DNA of 64,000 bases. Origin: an uncultured Marinilabiliaceae bacterium. GTDB lineage: Bacteria; Bacteroidota; Bacteroidia; Bacteroidales; Marinilabiliaceae. The stretch spans positions 2,019 through 66,018 of the forward strand of contig CAZHOT010000018.1 of NCBI GenBank assembly GCA_964534235.1, written 5' to 3'. Positions within the stretch are counted from its first letter, which is position 1; every line of letters starts with the position of its first letter. Made by a program: the position numbers and the translations under genes. Shown piece by piece: positions 17,164 to 26,975 of the stretch. Under the pieces are notes generated by a model. It saw only the letters and a program-made list of their open reading frames with translations. It was not told the DNA's origin and made no database searches.

Positions 17164-17969
17164 TACCGTTCTATTCTATTTATCCTCGCACGCTGGCCTC
17201 TCAGGTATTCCTTATATGAGGCCAAGCTGTTATAATGGGGCATTCCCATGCCCGCATTGCGCGCATCGGCCTTGTTGAAATAGTTCATCCAATAGTCGTC
17301 GAAAACCTCCTCACCCAATTCGGCAAACGGCCCGGCCCCATTGACCAGGTCGTCGAGACGCTCCACGCCGCCAATGTTCCTTGTGTTGCCACTGCCGGGT
17401 CTGTCTAGCGCAATCTTCCACTTCGGCTGGACAAAGAGCAAAAAATCTCCTATCACGGACTTCATCTCTGACATCTCCTCGAGAGAACAGGCGACGTGCC
17501 GCCCCACGGGGCCCACACATAGTTGTTTGTATAGCAGACCTACGACAATATGGCACTTGTACTCCCCATAGGGGCGGTCCATGTTCATTGCGCGGTTCCG
17601 GAGGCGGAAATAGCCCCAATACGACCCCAACGTCAATCCATTTACCTTATTCCCATCGTAATAGCTTGTCTTGAAGTCCACGGCGAACAGATTGCCATCG
17701 GCATCCCGGAAAGTAAAATCGGGGTAGTAATTCTGCCTCGTCGGAAGCTCCAACGTCAACCCGTTCTTCTCGGCAAACGCATTAAGTTTGGGAGTCAACA
17801 AAATCTCGATGACTTTAGAAACGACCTTCGTGTCACCCGATATGGGGTAGACGTTCTTGTAGACATCGACAAACCCTTTGACAATCCATTGGTTGTCCGC
17901 CGTCTCCAAGTACGCCTTGTACGACTCGACTTCGCCAGACAGAAGCTCAAAAAAACTATCCTTAGTCAT
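17163..17969 (-). CDS. Type II restriction endonuclease, EcoRV family
   Basis: Collinear matches to EcoRV as I recall it are YPISGDTKVVSKVIEIL (EcoRV YPLGSDTKVLSTIFEL), QNYYPDFTF (QNHYPDFTL), AVDFKTSY (AIDIKTTY; PD...DxK catalytic motif), GSGNTRNIGG (GSGNTTNIGS) and FDDYWMNY (FLDYWRNY). ATG at 17969 preferred over the TTG at 17990. Confidence 0.85.
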   Translation of the reverse strand: MTKDSFFELLSGEVESYKAYLETADNQWIVKGFVDVYKNVYPISGDTKVVSKVIEILLTPKLNAFAEKNGLTLELPTRQNYYPDFTFRDADGNLFAVDFKTSYYDGNKVNGLTLGSYWGYFRLRNRAMNMDRPYGEYKCHIVVGLLYKQLCVGPVGRHVACSLEEMSEMKSVIGDFLLFVQPKWKIALDRPGSGNTRNIGGVERLDDLVNGAGPFAELGEEVFDDYWMNYFNKADARNAGMGMPHYNSLASYKEYLRGQRARINRIER

Positions 17970-18006
17970 GACTGGGAACTGAAAAAACAACTCTTCCGCG
18001 CCACCG

Positions 18007-18014
18007 CAAATATA
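18007..18014 (-). promoter_or_regulatory. -7 promoter box TATATTTG for the R-M operon
   Basis: The reverse complement of caaatata lies 38 nt upstream of the endonuclease ATG. Confidence 0.45.
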
Positions 18015-18122
18015 GCGATAAAAGGGAGACCCCGGGACGGCGCGCGGCGGCAGACGAAAGGCGGCGCGGACCTTCTCTCCGCGCCGCCCGCTAGGCCGCC
18101 CGCCCCGTCGCTACGGGCGGGG

Positions 18123-19487
18123 TCAGATAATCTTGTCGAGCTCGGCTATGTTGCGCCGCACGTCGTCGTCGGAGACCTCGAAGTCGAGGAGGCTCCCGCT
18201 GAGGAACTGGTCGTAGGCGCTCATGTCGATAAGCCCGTGGCCGGAGAGGTTGAAGAGGATGACCTCCTGCCGCCCCTCCTCTTTGCACCTTTGCGCCTCG
18301 CGCACGGCCGTGGCTATGGCGTGGCACGACTCGGGTGCCGGCACGATGCCCTCGGCGCGGGCGAAGAGGACGCCGGCCTTGAAGCTCTCCGACTGCCGGA
18401 TGTCCGCCGCCTCCATGAGGCCGTCTTTGAGGAGCTGGCTGACGATGACGCCCGCGCCGTGGTAGCGCAGCCCGCCGGCGTGGATGTTGGCCGGCATGAA
18501 GTTGTGGCCCAGGGTGAACATGGGGAGCAGGGGCGTGTAGCCCGCCACGTCGCCAAAGTCATATTGGAAGACGCCGTGCGTCAGCTTGGGGCACGAGGCG
18601 GGCTCGGCGGCCACGAAGCGCGTGCGCCGGCCGCCGGCGATGTTGTGGCGCATGAACGGAAAGGCTATGCCGCCGAAGTTGGACCCCCCGCCGAAGCACG
18701 CAATGACGACGTCGGGCCACTCGCCAGCCATCTCCATCTGCCTCTCGGCCTCCAGGCCTATGACGGTCTGGTGGAGGGTGACGTGGCTGAGGACGGAGCC
18801 GAGGGTGTACTTGCAGTTGGGCGTCGTCAGCGCCAGCTCCACGGCCTCGGAGATGGCCGTGCCGAGCGAGCCCTGGTTGTTGGGGTCGCGGGTCAGGATG
18901 TCCTTGCCCGCTCGCGTCGACATGGAGGGCGAGGGCGTCACCTGCGCCCCGAAAGTCTGCATGATGCTCCGCCGGTAGGGCTTCTGGTTGTAGCTTATCT
19001 TGACCTGGTAGACGGCGGCCTCAAGGCCGAAGACGCTGGCGGCATAGGCCAGGGCGCAGCCCCACTGGCCGGCGCCGGTCTCCGTCGTGACGTTGGTGAC
19101 GCCCTGCCGCTTGCAGTAGTAGGCCTGCGCCAGGGCGGAGTTGAGCTTGTGCGAGCCCACGGGGCTGACGCTCTCGTTCTTGAAATATATGTGGGCCGGC
19201 GTGTCGAGCGCCTTTTCGAGGCCGTAGGCGCGGACGAGCGGCGTGCTGCGGTAGCTCTTGTAGATGTCGCGCACGGGCTCGGGGATGTCTATCCACTCGT
19301 CGGTCATGTTCATCTCCTGGCGCGAGACCTCCTCGGAGAAAATGGGGAAGAGGTCCTCGGCCGTCAGGGGCTTGCGCGTCTTGGGGTTGAGGGGCGGCAT
19401 GGGCTTGTTGGGCATCACCGCCGCAATGTTGAACCACCGGCGGGGAATCTGCTCCTCGTCCAGGAAGAATCTTTTCTGCTGTGACAT
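18123..19487 (-). CDS. TrpB-like pyridoxal-phosphate-dependent enzyme (TrpB2 family)
   Basis: 454 aa. The N-terminal RFFLDEEQIPRRWFNI, FKNESVSPVGSHKLNSA (PLP lysine) and GGGSNFGG are typical of TrpB2. Confidence 0.9.
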   Translation of the reverse strand: MSQQKRFFLDEEQIPRRWFNIAAVMPNKPMPPLNPKTRKPLTAEDLFPIFSEEVSRQEMNMTDEWIDIPEPVRDIYKSYRSTPLVRAYGLEKALDTPAHIYFKNESVSPVGSHKLNSALAQAYYCKRQGVTNVTTETGAGQWGCALAYAASVFGLEAAVYQVKISYNQKPYRRSIMQTFGAQVTPSPSMSTRAGKDILTRDPNNQGSLGTAISEAVELALTTPNCKYTLGSVLSHVTLHQTVIGLEAERQMEMAGEWPDVVIACFGGGSNFGGIAFPFMRHNIAGGRRTRFVAAEPASCPKLTHGVFQYDFGDVAGYTPLLPMFTLGHNFMPANIHAGGLRYHGAGVIVSQLLKDGLMEAADIRQSESFKAGVLFARAEGIVPAPESCHAIATAVREAQRCKEEGRQEVILFNLSGHGLIDMSAYDQFLSGSLLDFEVSDDDVRRNIAELDKII

Positions 19488-19498
19488 TCTGAAATATC

Positions 19499-19544
19499 AA
19501 AAAAAAGACCGCCCACCTCGGCACTCCGACGCGCCAGTGGGCAG
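19499..19544 (-). terminator. Rho-independent terminator after the DUF2795 gene
   Basis: On the minus strand, an 8-bp stem CTGCCCAC/GTGGGCGG (one G-U) with a 20-nt loop is followed by T8. Confidence 0.5.
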
Positions 19545-19581
19545 CCTCAACCTGTTGTCTATACTTTCGAGTCGGCGGACA

Positions 19582-19803
19582 TCAATACTCGTCCTCGTTG
19601 AAGAAGAAGTCCTCGTTGCTTGGATAGTCCGGCCAAATGTCCTCAATGCTTTCGTAAACCTCCCCGTCGTCCTCAATCTCTTGGAGGTTCTCGATGACCT
19701 CCAGGGGGGCGCCGGAGCGCGTAGCATAGTCAATGAGCTCGTCCTTGGTGGCCGGCCAAGGGGCATCCTCGAGTTTCGAGGCCAATTCTAGAGTCCAATA
19801 CAT
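19582..19803 (-). CDS. DUF2795 domain-containing protein
   Basis: 73 aa and acidic. WPATKDELIDYATRSGAPLEVIENL matches the DUF2795 pattern. Confidence 0.8.
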   Translation of the reverse strand: MYWTLELASKLEDAPWPATKDELIDYATRSGAPLEVIENLQEIEDDGEVYESIEDIWPDYPSNEDFFFNEDEY

Positions 19804-19859
19804 AGCTTATCAGTTATTACGACGTCTTAACTAGTCGCGAATGTAGGAAAAAGTTTCAA

Positions 19860-21440
19860 TCACTCTATGTCGTCGAAGTCATATCCGACATAGACCTCCT
19901 CCTGCGCCTGCAGGTCCTCGGGGATCTCCAGCCGCAGGAATATGTCCTCCTTTCGCTTCGGGCGGTAGTCGTCGAGCCAGCGGAAGCCGGCGAGCTTACT
20001 GTCTTGCTCGCCGACGAGCATCGGCGGGTTCATGTTGCCGGCCGGCGAGACGCGCATCATGATGTTGTGGATCCTCCTGTCGCGGAGCCATATGCTCATG
20101 TTGCTGCTCTCGGCCCGGTTCATCCCGATGAGGTTGGGCCCGTCCTTGGGGTAGTATATCGTCTGCCCGTTGCCGTCGACGTCGATGAGGTAGAGCTCGT
20201 TGTCGCGGATGTGGCCGGTGATGAGCTTTCCCTTGACCTGGTCGAAGCCCACGGAGTCGGGCTCGATGGAGATGACGAAAGCCCCGTCGACGAGCTCGGA
20301 CTTGTAGAACGCCCTGTCCCGCGTATAGAGCTTTATGACGTTGGCCGTCATCTGGCTGCCCTGCGACCACACGACGGGCATATCGTAGAGCGTGGCCACG
20401 GAGTCGCGGAAGTCGAAGACGAGCGAGTCGCAACGCGCCTGGAGGTCGGCGCGAAAGGCCTTGACGTTGTGGAAAGCCTTGATGAGCCGGCTCGTGTCGG
20501 CCAGGGGGACGACGCGGAAAGTGTCGGCGTGGAGGAAGAGCGTGTCGCGGCCGTAGACCTGCGTGAGCATGGCGCGGTGCGTCGCCATGGCCTCGCGCGT
20601 AATCTCGTTGTAGAAGCCGTAGTCGCCCAAGACGGAGACCTGGTCGGTGGAGTCGGTCAGCACCATGTCGTCCCACGCCGTGCCGAGACCCTTGCGCCTC
20701 TCGTAGAGGATTGTCCGCCCGACGAGGGTGCTGCGGTTGCGGATGGAGTGCAGGCGGTTGTTGCTGAGCAGTTTGGCCACGCCGGCGCGGGTGTCGTACC
20801 ACCCCTTGTCGCTGTCGATGACCATGGAGTCCGACGTCGTGATGGTCGTCGGGCCGAGGATGGAGACGACCTCCGTCCGGGTGTTGAACGCCGCCGTGTC
20901 GGAGAGCATGTCGTAGTTGGGCGACCGCCCGACGACGTCCTCCTTGAAGAACACGTCGTTGGTCATGGGCAGGTAGACGCCGCGGACGGAGGTCAGGGTG
21001 TTGTCCTTGTCGACCACCTTGCCGCCGTTGAAGAAATAGGCCTCGTCGCGGGCGCGGTCGTAGTCGAGGTGCTCCGTGTAGAGCCACGTCGTGCCCTTGT
21101 TGACGCGGACGTTCTGCCGGACGCGGGCCAGGCCCTTGTCGCCCAGGTATGTCAGCCTGTCGCCATAGAGGTGGATGGAGTCGTTCTGGATGACGTGGAC
21201 ATTGCCGTAGCACACGACGACGTTCGAGTCGTTGTACATATAGGCACTGTCGCACAAGAGGATCGTCCCCTGGTGCGACAGCCGGACGTCCCCATTGAGC
21301 GACTGTGTGTTCTTGCCGACCTTGTCGTCGTGGCGCAAGACGTCGGCGCGGTCAATCTTGACCCGTATGGTCTTCTGCGCCGCCACCGTCGCCCCGCCCA
21401 GGGACAGCAGGGTCAGGGCCAGCAGTGCCCCGCGGGTCAT
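19860..21440 (-). CDS. OstA-like (LptD/OstA N-terminal domain) outer-membrane biogenesis protein
   Basis: Has a signal peptide and repeated OstA-like beta-strand motifs (GDVRLSHQGTILLCDSAYMY...GNVHVIQNDSIHLYGDRLTY). It sits downstream of the surA-type genes, as is usual in Bacteroidetes. Confidence 0.75.
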   Translation of the reverse strand: MTRGALLALTLLSLGGATVAAQKTIRVKIDRADVLRHDDKVGKNTQSLNGDVRLSHQGTILLCDSAYMYNDSNVVVCYGNVHVIQNDSIHLYGDRLTYLGDKGLARVRQNVRVNKGTTWLYTEHLDYDRARDEAYFFNGGKVVDKDNTLTSVRGVYLPMTNDVFFKEDVVGRSPNYDMLSDTAAFNTRTEVVSILGPTTITTSDSMVIDSDKGWYDTRAGVAKLLSNNRLHSIRNRSTLVGRTILYERRKGLGTAWDDMVLTDSTDQVSVLGDYGFYNEITREAMATHRAMLTQVYGRDTLFLHADTFRVVPLADTSRLIKAFHNVKAFRADLQARCDSLVFDFRDSVATLYDMPVVWSQGSQMTANVIKLYTRDRAFYKSELVDGAFVISIEPDSVGFDQVKGKLITGHIRDNELYLIDVDGNGQTIYYPKDGPNLIGMNRAESSNMSIWLRDRRIHNIMMRVSPAGNMNPPMLVGEQDSKLAGFRWLDDYRPKRKEDIFLRLEIPEDLQAQEEVYVGYDFDDIE

Positions 21441-22795
21441 TGCGCCCAGCCCTTATATTGGAAGTCGCACCCCCGCCAGTCGGGCGTGACGACGACGTAG
21501 AGCTCCTTCTGCTTGGCCAAGATCCATTCGTCGAGCATCTGCTTGCGCTTGCTGTTCTCGACCATCTCCTTGAGCATGTCGTAGTCGTCGGCCACATTGG
21601 CCCGGTGCGGGTCGTGCTTGGCCACGAGGCGCACGATGCGCATCGTCTCCTTGCCTTTCTTCTCGTCCATCATGGCGAACGGCTTCGAGACCTGGCCGGG
21701 CCTCAGGCCCTGGATGGCCTTGGCTATCTCGGCGGGGACCTGCCCGAGCTGGAACTTGACCGTCCCGTCCTCGGGGTTGACCATGACGCCGCCGTTGGAG
21801 CGCGTGTCCTTGTCCATCGAGAACTGCATCGCGGCCTGCTCGAAAGTCAGCTTCCCCTCGTCGACATATTTGACCACGGTGTCGAGGAACGTCGTGGCCT
21901 TGCCCCGGCTCTCGGCCGACACTTTGGGCTTCAGCAATATGTGACGGCAGTTGATGCGGTCTCCCCTGCGGTCGATGAGCTGGATGATGTGATAGCCGAA
22001 CTCCGTCTCGACAATCTTCGAGACCTTGCCCTTGTCGCGCATGTTGAAAGCCACGGCCGAGAACTCCGGGACGAAGCCCGAGCGCGAATACCACCCCAAG
22101 TCGCCCCCGCGCGACGCCGAGCCGGGGTCCTCGGAGTAGAGGACGGCGAGCGTGGCGAAGTCGCGCCCCTCGGCCACCTGCCGCTGGAAGTCGCGGAGCC
22201 GGTCCTTGACGCGGTCAATCTCGGCCTGCTCCACCTCCGGGTAGACGACAATCTGCTGAATCTCATATTGCGTCGGGACGAAAGGGATGCTGTCTTGGCT
22301 GAGCGAGGAATAGAACTTGCGGATGTCAGACGGGGTCACCTTGATGTTTTTGCCTATCTCCTGCTGCATCCTCTGCGTAATCATCTGGGTGCGGACGGTC
22401 TCCATCTGGTCGCGCCGAATCTGCTGGAGAGGCTTGTTGAAATACTCCTCCAGCTTGTCCTGCCCCCCGACCTGCTGGACGAAGTAGTTGACGCGGGCAT
22501 CGACCTGCTGCATGACCTCGGCGTCTTTGACCTCCACGCTGTCAATCTTGGCCTGGTTTATCATGAGCTTCTGGATGAGCAGCTGCTCGAAGATGTGGCA
22601 CTTCATGTCGCCATTGAAGTTGACGCCCTCAATCATGGCCTGGCCATATTGGTATTCGATGTCGGAACTCAAGATGGCGTCGTCGCCAACCGAGGCGACA
22701 ACCTCGTCGATGAGCTTCTTCTGCGACGCCGCGGGCGACGACAACGCGGCCGACAGGGCCGCGGCGCACAGCGATAGGAGCATATTTCTAGTCAT
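21437..22795 (-). CDS. surA: Peptidylprolyl isomerase, SurA-type periplasmic chaperone
   Basis: Has a signal peptide. Two parvulin-type PPIase regions are present (HILLKP...; DLGWYSRSGFVPEFSAVAF...SKIVETEFGYHIIQLIDRR). ATG at 22795 (MTRNMLLSL) chosen. ATGA overlap with the downstream gene. Confidence 0.85.
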   Translation of the reverse strand: MTRNMLLSLCAAALSAALSSPAASQKKLIDEVVASVGDDAILSSDIEYQYGQAMIEGVNFNGDMKCHIFEQLLIQKLMINQAKIDSVEVKDAEVMQQVDARVNYFVQQVGGQDKLEEYFNKPLQQIRRDQMETVRTQMITQRMQQEIGKNIKVTPSDIRKFYSSLSQDSIPFVPTQYEIQQIVVYPEVEQAEIDRVKDRLRDFQRQVAEGRDFATLAVLYSEDPGSASRGGDLGWYSRSGFVPEFSAVAFNMRDKGKVSKIVETEFGYHIIQLIDRRGDRINCRHILLKPKVSAESRGKATTFLDTVVKYVDEGKLTFEQAAMQFSMDKDTRSNGGVMVNPEDGTVKFQLGQVPAEIAKAIQGLRPGQVSKPFAMMDEKKGKETMRIVRLVAKHDPHRANVADDYDMLKEMVENSKRKQMLDEWILAKQKELYVVVTPDWRGCDFQYKGWAQ

Positions 22796-23660
22796 TCTTT
22801 CCGTAGAACTTGATTTCGCCCGTCCGGAGGGCGTTGTTATAGATGTCTTTGTTTGCCTCGCCGAGGAAGTCGAGCTTTCTCTTCCCAACAATGATGTTGG
22901 CGATGTCGCCGCGCACGAACTCCACCGGCGCCACCTCCCCGGCGGGAATCGTCTGCGTCACCTTGAGCAACATGAGCTTGCCGTCTTTGCCCGTCTTGAC
23001 GATGGGCATGGAGCGGGTGAGCGACTTGACGTTGTCGGGCAGGAAGTCGGCGGGGAAGAAACAACGGATCTCGGAGAGAGAAATCCAATTGTCGAAAGAG
23101 TTCTTATATTTCTGGGCGTTGCGGAACAGATACTCCTCGACGCTCAGCGACGACTGCTCGTCGAACTTAGACAGTGTCTTGAGGAAGTCCTTGATCCCCG
23201 GCGCGTCGGCGGGCAATATCGCCCAACAGCCCTTGACGATGGCGTCGGACAAGACAAAGTTCTGCTTCATCTTGTCATAGTAGTCCTGCACGTCGCCCGA
23301 CGAGACCTCGGAGTTGAACTTCTGCCCGACGAGCTTGTTCTGATATGTCTCGATGATTAGCGACGCGCGATATTCAGCCACAATGTCCTCGATGTCGGCC
23401 GTCTCGTCGCCCAAATATTGCGACGCCTTGCGCAACAGGACCTGCCGGTAGGCCCACTTCCGGACGAACTCGTCGGCCAGCACCGCGCTGTCGACGGCCG
23501 AGACAGTAGCCGGCAATGCGGACATGAGCTGCGACCGCGTCAGAGTCGCGTCGCCCACTGAGACAATCACGGCGTCGGCCACGCCACCATTCCCACAGCC
23601 ACAGACAGACATGGCGGCAAAGAGGGCCGCCACAAGATTGGAGACGTTACGCAAGCGCAT
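22788..23660 (-). CDS. SurA N-terminal-domain-like chaperone lipoprotein (no obvious parvulin catalytic domain)
   Basis: The start MRLRNVSNLVAALFAAMSVCGC has a lipobox. The architecture and position upstream of surA are typical. The internal ATG at 23660 was chosen because the longer ORF runs through the rplQ terminator and promoter. Confidence 0.65.
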   Translation of the reverse strand: MRLRNVSNLVAALFAAMSVCGCGNGGVADAVIVSVGDATLTRSQLMSALPATVSAVDSAVLADEFVRKWAYRQVLLRKASQYLGDETADIEDIVAEYRASLIIETYQNKLVGQKFNSEVSSGDVQDYYDKMKQNFVLSDAIVKGCWAILPADAPGIKDFLKTLSKFDEQSSLSVEEYLFRNAQKYKNSFDNWISLSEIRCFFPADFLPDNVKSLTRSMPIVKTGKDGKLMLLKVTQTIPAGEVAPVEFVRGDIANIIVGKRKLDFLGEANKDIYNNALRTGEIKFYGKND

Positions 23661-23707
23661 CGGGTGGTAGAGTAAAGATTGAGCCACGCGCACAGAGGCG
23701 CAGTGTG

Positions 23708-23715
23708 CAAAAATA
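23708..23715 (-). promoter_or_regulatory. -7 promoter box TATTTTTG for the chaperone/OstA operon
   Basis: The reverse complement of caaaaata lies 48 nt upstream of the ATG at 23660, just after the rplQ terminator. Confidence 0.4.
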
Positions 23716-23730
23716 AAGCAAAAGAGGGGG

Positions 23731-23763
23731 AAAAGCAAAAGGAGGGGAGAAAATCTCCCCTCC
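23731..23763 (-). terminator. Rho-independent terminator ending the ribosomal alpha operon
   Basis: The minus strand reads GGAGGGGAG-ATTTT-CTCCCCTCC followed by TTTTGCTTTT, 30 nt after the rplQ stop. Confidence 0.75.
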
Positions 23764-23792
23764 ACATGTCTAAAACGGCAAGGATAAGCTCC

Positions 23793-24290
23793 CTACTCAG
23801 CCTTAGCCTCCGTCTGAGCCTCGGCAGGAGCCTCGGCCTCGGCGGCAGTCTTCTTGGCGCGTCCGCGGCGGGTGCGCTTCTTCTCCTCCGCCTTTTTGGG
23901 CGCGGCGAGCATGTTGGCGTTGTAGTCCACAAGCTCGATGAAGCACATGTCGGCCCCGTCTCCCAGGCGATAGCCTGTCTTGAGGATACGGGTGTAGCCG
24001 CCGGGGCGGTTGGCAACCTTGTCGGCAATCTCAGTGAAGAGCTCCTTGGTCGCGGCGTTGTTGTGCAGGTGGCGGAAGACGAGGCGCTGCGCGCTGCGCT
24101 TGTCGTCTACCGTCGTCAAGTTCTTGGTCTTGTTGATGAGCGGCTCAACATAGACACGCAAAGCCTTGGCCTTGGCAACAGTGGTCGTGATTCTCTTGTG
24201 GAGAATCAGCGAGCATGCCATATTGGAGAGCATGGCTTTACGATGTGCGCTCGTCCGACCCAAGTGGTTGAATTTCTTATTATGACGCAT
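23793..24290 (-). CDS. rplQ: 50S ribosomal protein L17
   Basis: Starts [29 protein letters not shown]. Lys/Ala/Glu-rich C-terminal tail. Confidence 0.97.
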   Translation of the reverse strand: MRHNKKFNHLGRTSAHRKAMLSNMACSLILHKRITTTVAKAKALRVYVEPLINKTKNLTTVDDKRSAQRLVFRHLHNNAATKELFTEIADKVANRPGGYTRILKTGYRLGDGADMCFIELVDYNANMLAAPKKAEEKKRTRRGRAKKTAAEAEAPAEAQTEAKAE

Positions 24291-24295
24291 CGTAA

Positions 24296-25324
24296 TTATT
24301 CTTTATCGAGTTTATACTTTGACGTGTCCATGCCGAACGACAAGTTCAGATTCGCTAGCAGATCGTCAAGCTCGTTGAGCGACTTCTTGCCGAAGTTGCG
24401 GAACTTGAGCAGGTCATTCCTGTGGTAGGTGACCAGCTCGCCAAGCGTCTCGACCTCGGCCGCCTTGAGGCAGTTGAGGGCGCGGACGGAGAGATCCATG
24501 TCGGCAAGACGGCTCTTAAGCAGCTGCCTCATGCGCAAGACCTCCTCGTCGAACTCGTCGCCCGACGTCTTCTCGCCCTCGTCGACGGTAATCTTGTCGT
24601 CAGAGAAGAGCATGAAGTGGTAGATGAGGATCTTGGCGGCCTCTTTGAGGGCGTCTTTTGGCGCAATGGAGCCGTCGGTGGTAATCTCCAGGACGAGCTT
24701 CTCGTAGTCCGTCTTCTGCTGGACGCGGAAATTCTCAACGTCGTACTTGACATTGACAATCGGCGTGAATATGGAGTCTATCGCGATGGTCGCGACCTCC
24801 TTCTCCTTTTCGTCCTTGTCCTTGGCCTCGCGGTCGGCCTTCGGCTCCTCCACCTCGTTCTCGTCGGCTCGGACATAGCCGCGCCCCTTGTTGATGGTGA
24901 AAGTGATCTCGAAGTGCGCGTCCTCGTTGAGGTTGCAGATGACAAGCTCTGGGTTGAGAACCTCGAAGCCGGAAAGGACTTTGTTGAAGTCCCCGGCCTT
25001 GACCTGCGACTGCCCAGTGACCGAGAGCGTAGCCGTCTCCGTCTCCTCAGAGATGCTGCGGAAACGTACTTGCTTGAGGTTGAGGATGATTTGCGTAACG
25101 TCGTCAATCACCCCCGGGATTGTAGCGAACTCGTGCAGAACACCGCCAATCTTAATTGACGTGATGGCGTACCCTTCAAGGGAGTTGATTAAAATTCTTC
25201 TTAAGGCATTTCCAATGGTAATGCCATAACCTGGTTCAAGAGGACGGAATTCGAAACGACCGAACTTCTCGTCGTTCTCGAGCATTATGACTTTTTCTGG
25301 TCTTTGGAAAGCTAAAATTGCCAT
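24296..25324 (-). CDS. rpoA: DNA-directed RNA polymerase subunit alpha
   Basis: Starts [16 protein letters not shown] and contains [18 protein letters not shown]. The C-terminal domain has [21 protein letters not shown]. Confidence 0.97.
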   Translation of the reverse strand: MAILAFQRPEKVIMLENDEKFGRFEFRPLEPGYGITIGNALRRILINSLEGYAITSIKIGGVLHEFATIPGVIDDVTQIILNLKQVRFRSISEETETATLSVTGQSQVKAGDFNKVLSGFEVLNPELVICNLNEDAHFEITFTINKGRGYVRADENEVEEPKADREAKDKDEKEKEVATIAIDSIFTPIVNVKYDVENFRVQQKTDYEKLVLEITTDGSIAPKDALKEAAKILIYHFMLFSDDKITVDEGEKTSGDEFDEEVLRMRQLLKSRLADMDLSVRALNCLKAAEVETLGELVTYHRNDLLKFRNFGKKSLNELDDLLANLNLSFGMDTSKYKLDKE

Positions 25325-25334
25325 AAGAATAATT

Positions 25335-25937
25335 TTACTTAGAGTACAAATCGACGATCAACTGCTCCTTGATGTTTTCTGGAATATCAGCCCTCTCCGG
25401 CACGTTGAGGAAAGTCCCCGCCATGCTGTTGTTGTCCCACTGAAGCCAAGAGTAGCGCGACGACCTGGAAGCCAAAGCGTTGGTGATGACCTCGAGCGAC
25501 TTGCTCTTCTCGCGGACGCCGACCACCTGGCCCGGCTTGACGCGGAACGACGGGATGTTGACCACCTTGCCGTCGACGACGATGTGCTTGTGCCCGACGA
25601 GCTGGCGGGCCGCCGCACGCGTCGGCGCGATACCTAGGCGGTAGACGACGTTGTCGAGACGCGTCTCGAGGATTTGGAGGAGCACCTCGCCCGTGACGCC
25701 CTTAGCCCTCTTCGCGTCGGCGTAGGCGATGCGGAACTGACGCTCCAAAAGTCCGTAGGTATACTTAGCTTTCTGCTTCTCCTTAAGCTGTACGCCGTAC
25801 TCGGAAATCTTACCGCGACGGTCGCGGCCGTGCTGGCCGGGAGGGAAGTTACGATGCTCGAAATACTTGTCTGGGCCAAAGATTGCCTCTCCGAACTTGC
25901 GGGCAATTTTGGTTCTTGGGCCAATGTACCTTGCCAT
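25335..25937 (-). CDS. rpsD: 30S ribosomal protein S4
   Basis: Starts [22 protein letters not shown]4 domain present. Confidence 0.97.
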   Translation of the reverse strand: MARYIGPRTKIARKFGEAIFGPDKYFEHRNFPPGQHGRDRRGKISEYGVQLKEKQKAKYTYGLLERQFRIAYADAKRAKGVTGEVLLQILETRLDNVVYRLGIAPTRAAARQLVGHKHIVVDGKVVNIPSFRVKPGQVVGVREKSKSLEVITNALASRSSRYSWLQWDNNSMAGTFLNVPERADIPENIKEQLIVDLYSK

Positions 25938-26070
25938 TACTTGTTGTTTTGACTTGTCAATTTTGATTTCAAATGATGAATATGGCAGCCGCTAGATTAT
26001 CTGATGAAAATCATACCATTCACGATTCAAAATGCAAAATCAAAAACAGATTGATACTGAGATAAAAAGA

Positions 26071-26460
26071 CTAGACTTTGCGCCTCTTAGGCGGGCGGCA
26101 ACCGTTGTGCGGCAGCGGAGTGACGTCGACAATCTCCGTCACCTCGATGTTTGCCGCATGGATGGCCCTGATAGCCGCCTCACGGCCGTTACCGGGACCC
26201 TTGACATAGACCTTGACCTTGCGGAGACCGAGGTCGTAGGCAACCTTGGCACAGTCGGTGGCTGCTGTCTGTGCCGCATAGGGGGTGTTCTTCTTCGACC
26301 CCTTGAAGTTCATCTTGCCGGCGCTGGACCACGAAATGGTCTGCCCCTGCGTGTTGGTCAGAGTGATGATTATGTTGTTGAAAGAGGAGTGGATGTGAGC
26401 CTCGCCAAGAGCCTCAATCTTGACCACTTTCTTCTTGAGTGCAGCTGCTTTCTTAGCCAT
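26071..26460 (-). CDS. rpsK: 30S ribosomal protein S11
   Basis: Contains [18 protein letters not shown]...[11 protein letters not shown]...[12 protein letters not shown]. Confidence 0.97.
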   Translation of the reverse strand: MAKKAAALKKKVVKIEALGEAHIHSSFNNIIITLTNTQGQTISWSSAGKMNFKGSKKNTPYAAQTAATDCAKVAYDLGLRKVKVYVKGPGNGREAAIRAIHAANIEVTEIVDVTPLPHNGCRPPKRRKV

Positions 26461-26468
26461 GGGTTCAA

Positions 26469-26846
26469 TTATTTAGTAGCCTTCTTCTTGTTAGCGACGG
26501 TCTTCTTCTTGCCCTTACGGGTACGCGCGTTGTTCTTGGTCGACTGACCACGCACGGGGAGACCGAGGCGATGGCGGATGCCACGGTAGCAACCGATGTC
26601 CATGAGCCTCTTGATGTTGAGCTGCACCTCGGAGCGGAGCTCACCCTCGACCTTATAATTGGCACCAATAATTTCGCGGACGGCCTGGATTTGGGCGTCA
26701 CTCCAGTCGTTTACTTTTACACTACGATCGATCCCGGCCTTCTCTAGAATCTTAACTGCTGTGCTCCGGCCAATACCGTAAATGTAAGTCAATGCGACCT
26801 CACCAATCTTGTTAGACGGGACGTCGACTCCTGCGATTCTTGCCAT
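26469..26846 (-). CDS. rpsM: 30S ribosomal protein S13
   Basis: Starts [13 protein letters not shown] and contains [24 protein letters not shown]. Confidence 0.97.
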   Translation of the reverse strand: MARIAGVDVPSNKIGEVALTYIYGIGRSTAVKILEKAGIDRSVKVNDWSDAQIQAVREIIGANYKVEGELRSEVQLNIKRLMDIGCYRGIRHRLGLPVRGQSTKNNARTRKGKKKTVANKKKATK

Positions 26847-26852
26847 AATAGA

Positions 26853-26969
26853 TTATCCTTGACGTTGTTTAAGTTTGGGGTTCTTCTTGCAAATCACATA
26901 CAAGCGCCCCTTGCGCCTGACAATCTTGCAGTCGGCGCTGCGTTTCTTGATAGATGCTCTAACTTTCAT
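26853..26969 (-). CDS. rpmJ: 50S ribosomal protein L36
   Basis: Not in the ORF track (<60 aa). The minus strand translates to [38 protein letters not shown]. Confidence 0.93.
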   Translation of the reverse strand: MKVRASIKKRSADCKIVRRKGRLYVICKKNPKLKQRQG

Positions 26970-26975
26970 GTTGAG

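Noticed and set aside
18060-18125. A GC-rich imperfect palindrome after the trpB2 stop, considered as a terminator.
   Set aside because: The arms (CCCGCCCCG / CGGGCGGGG) do not pair in register without bulges, and no T-tract follows. It is too weak to report.
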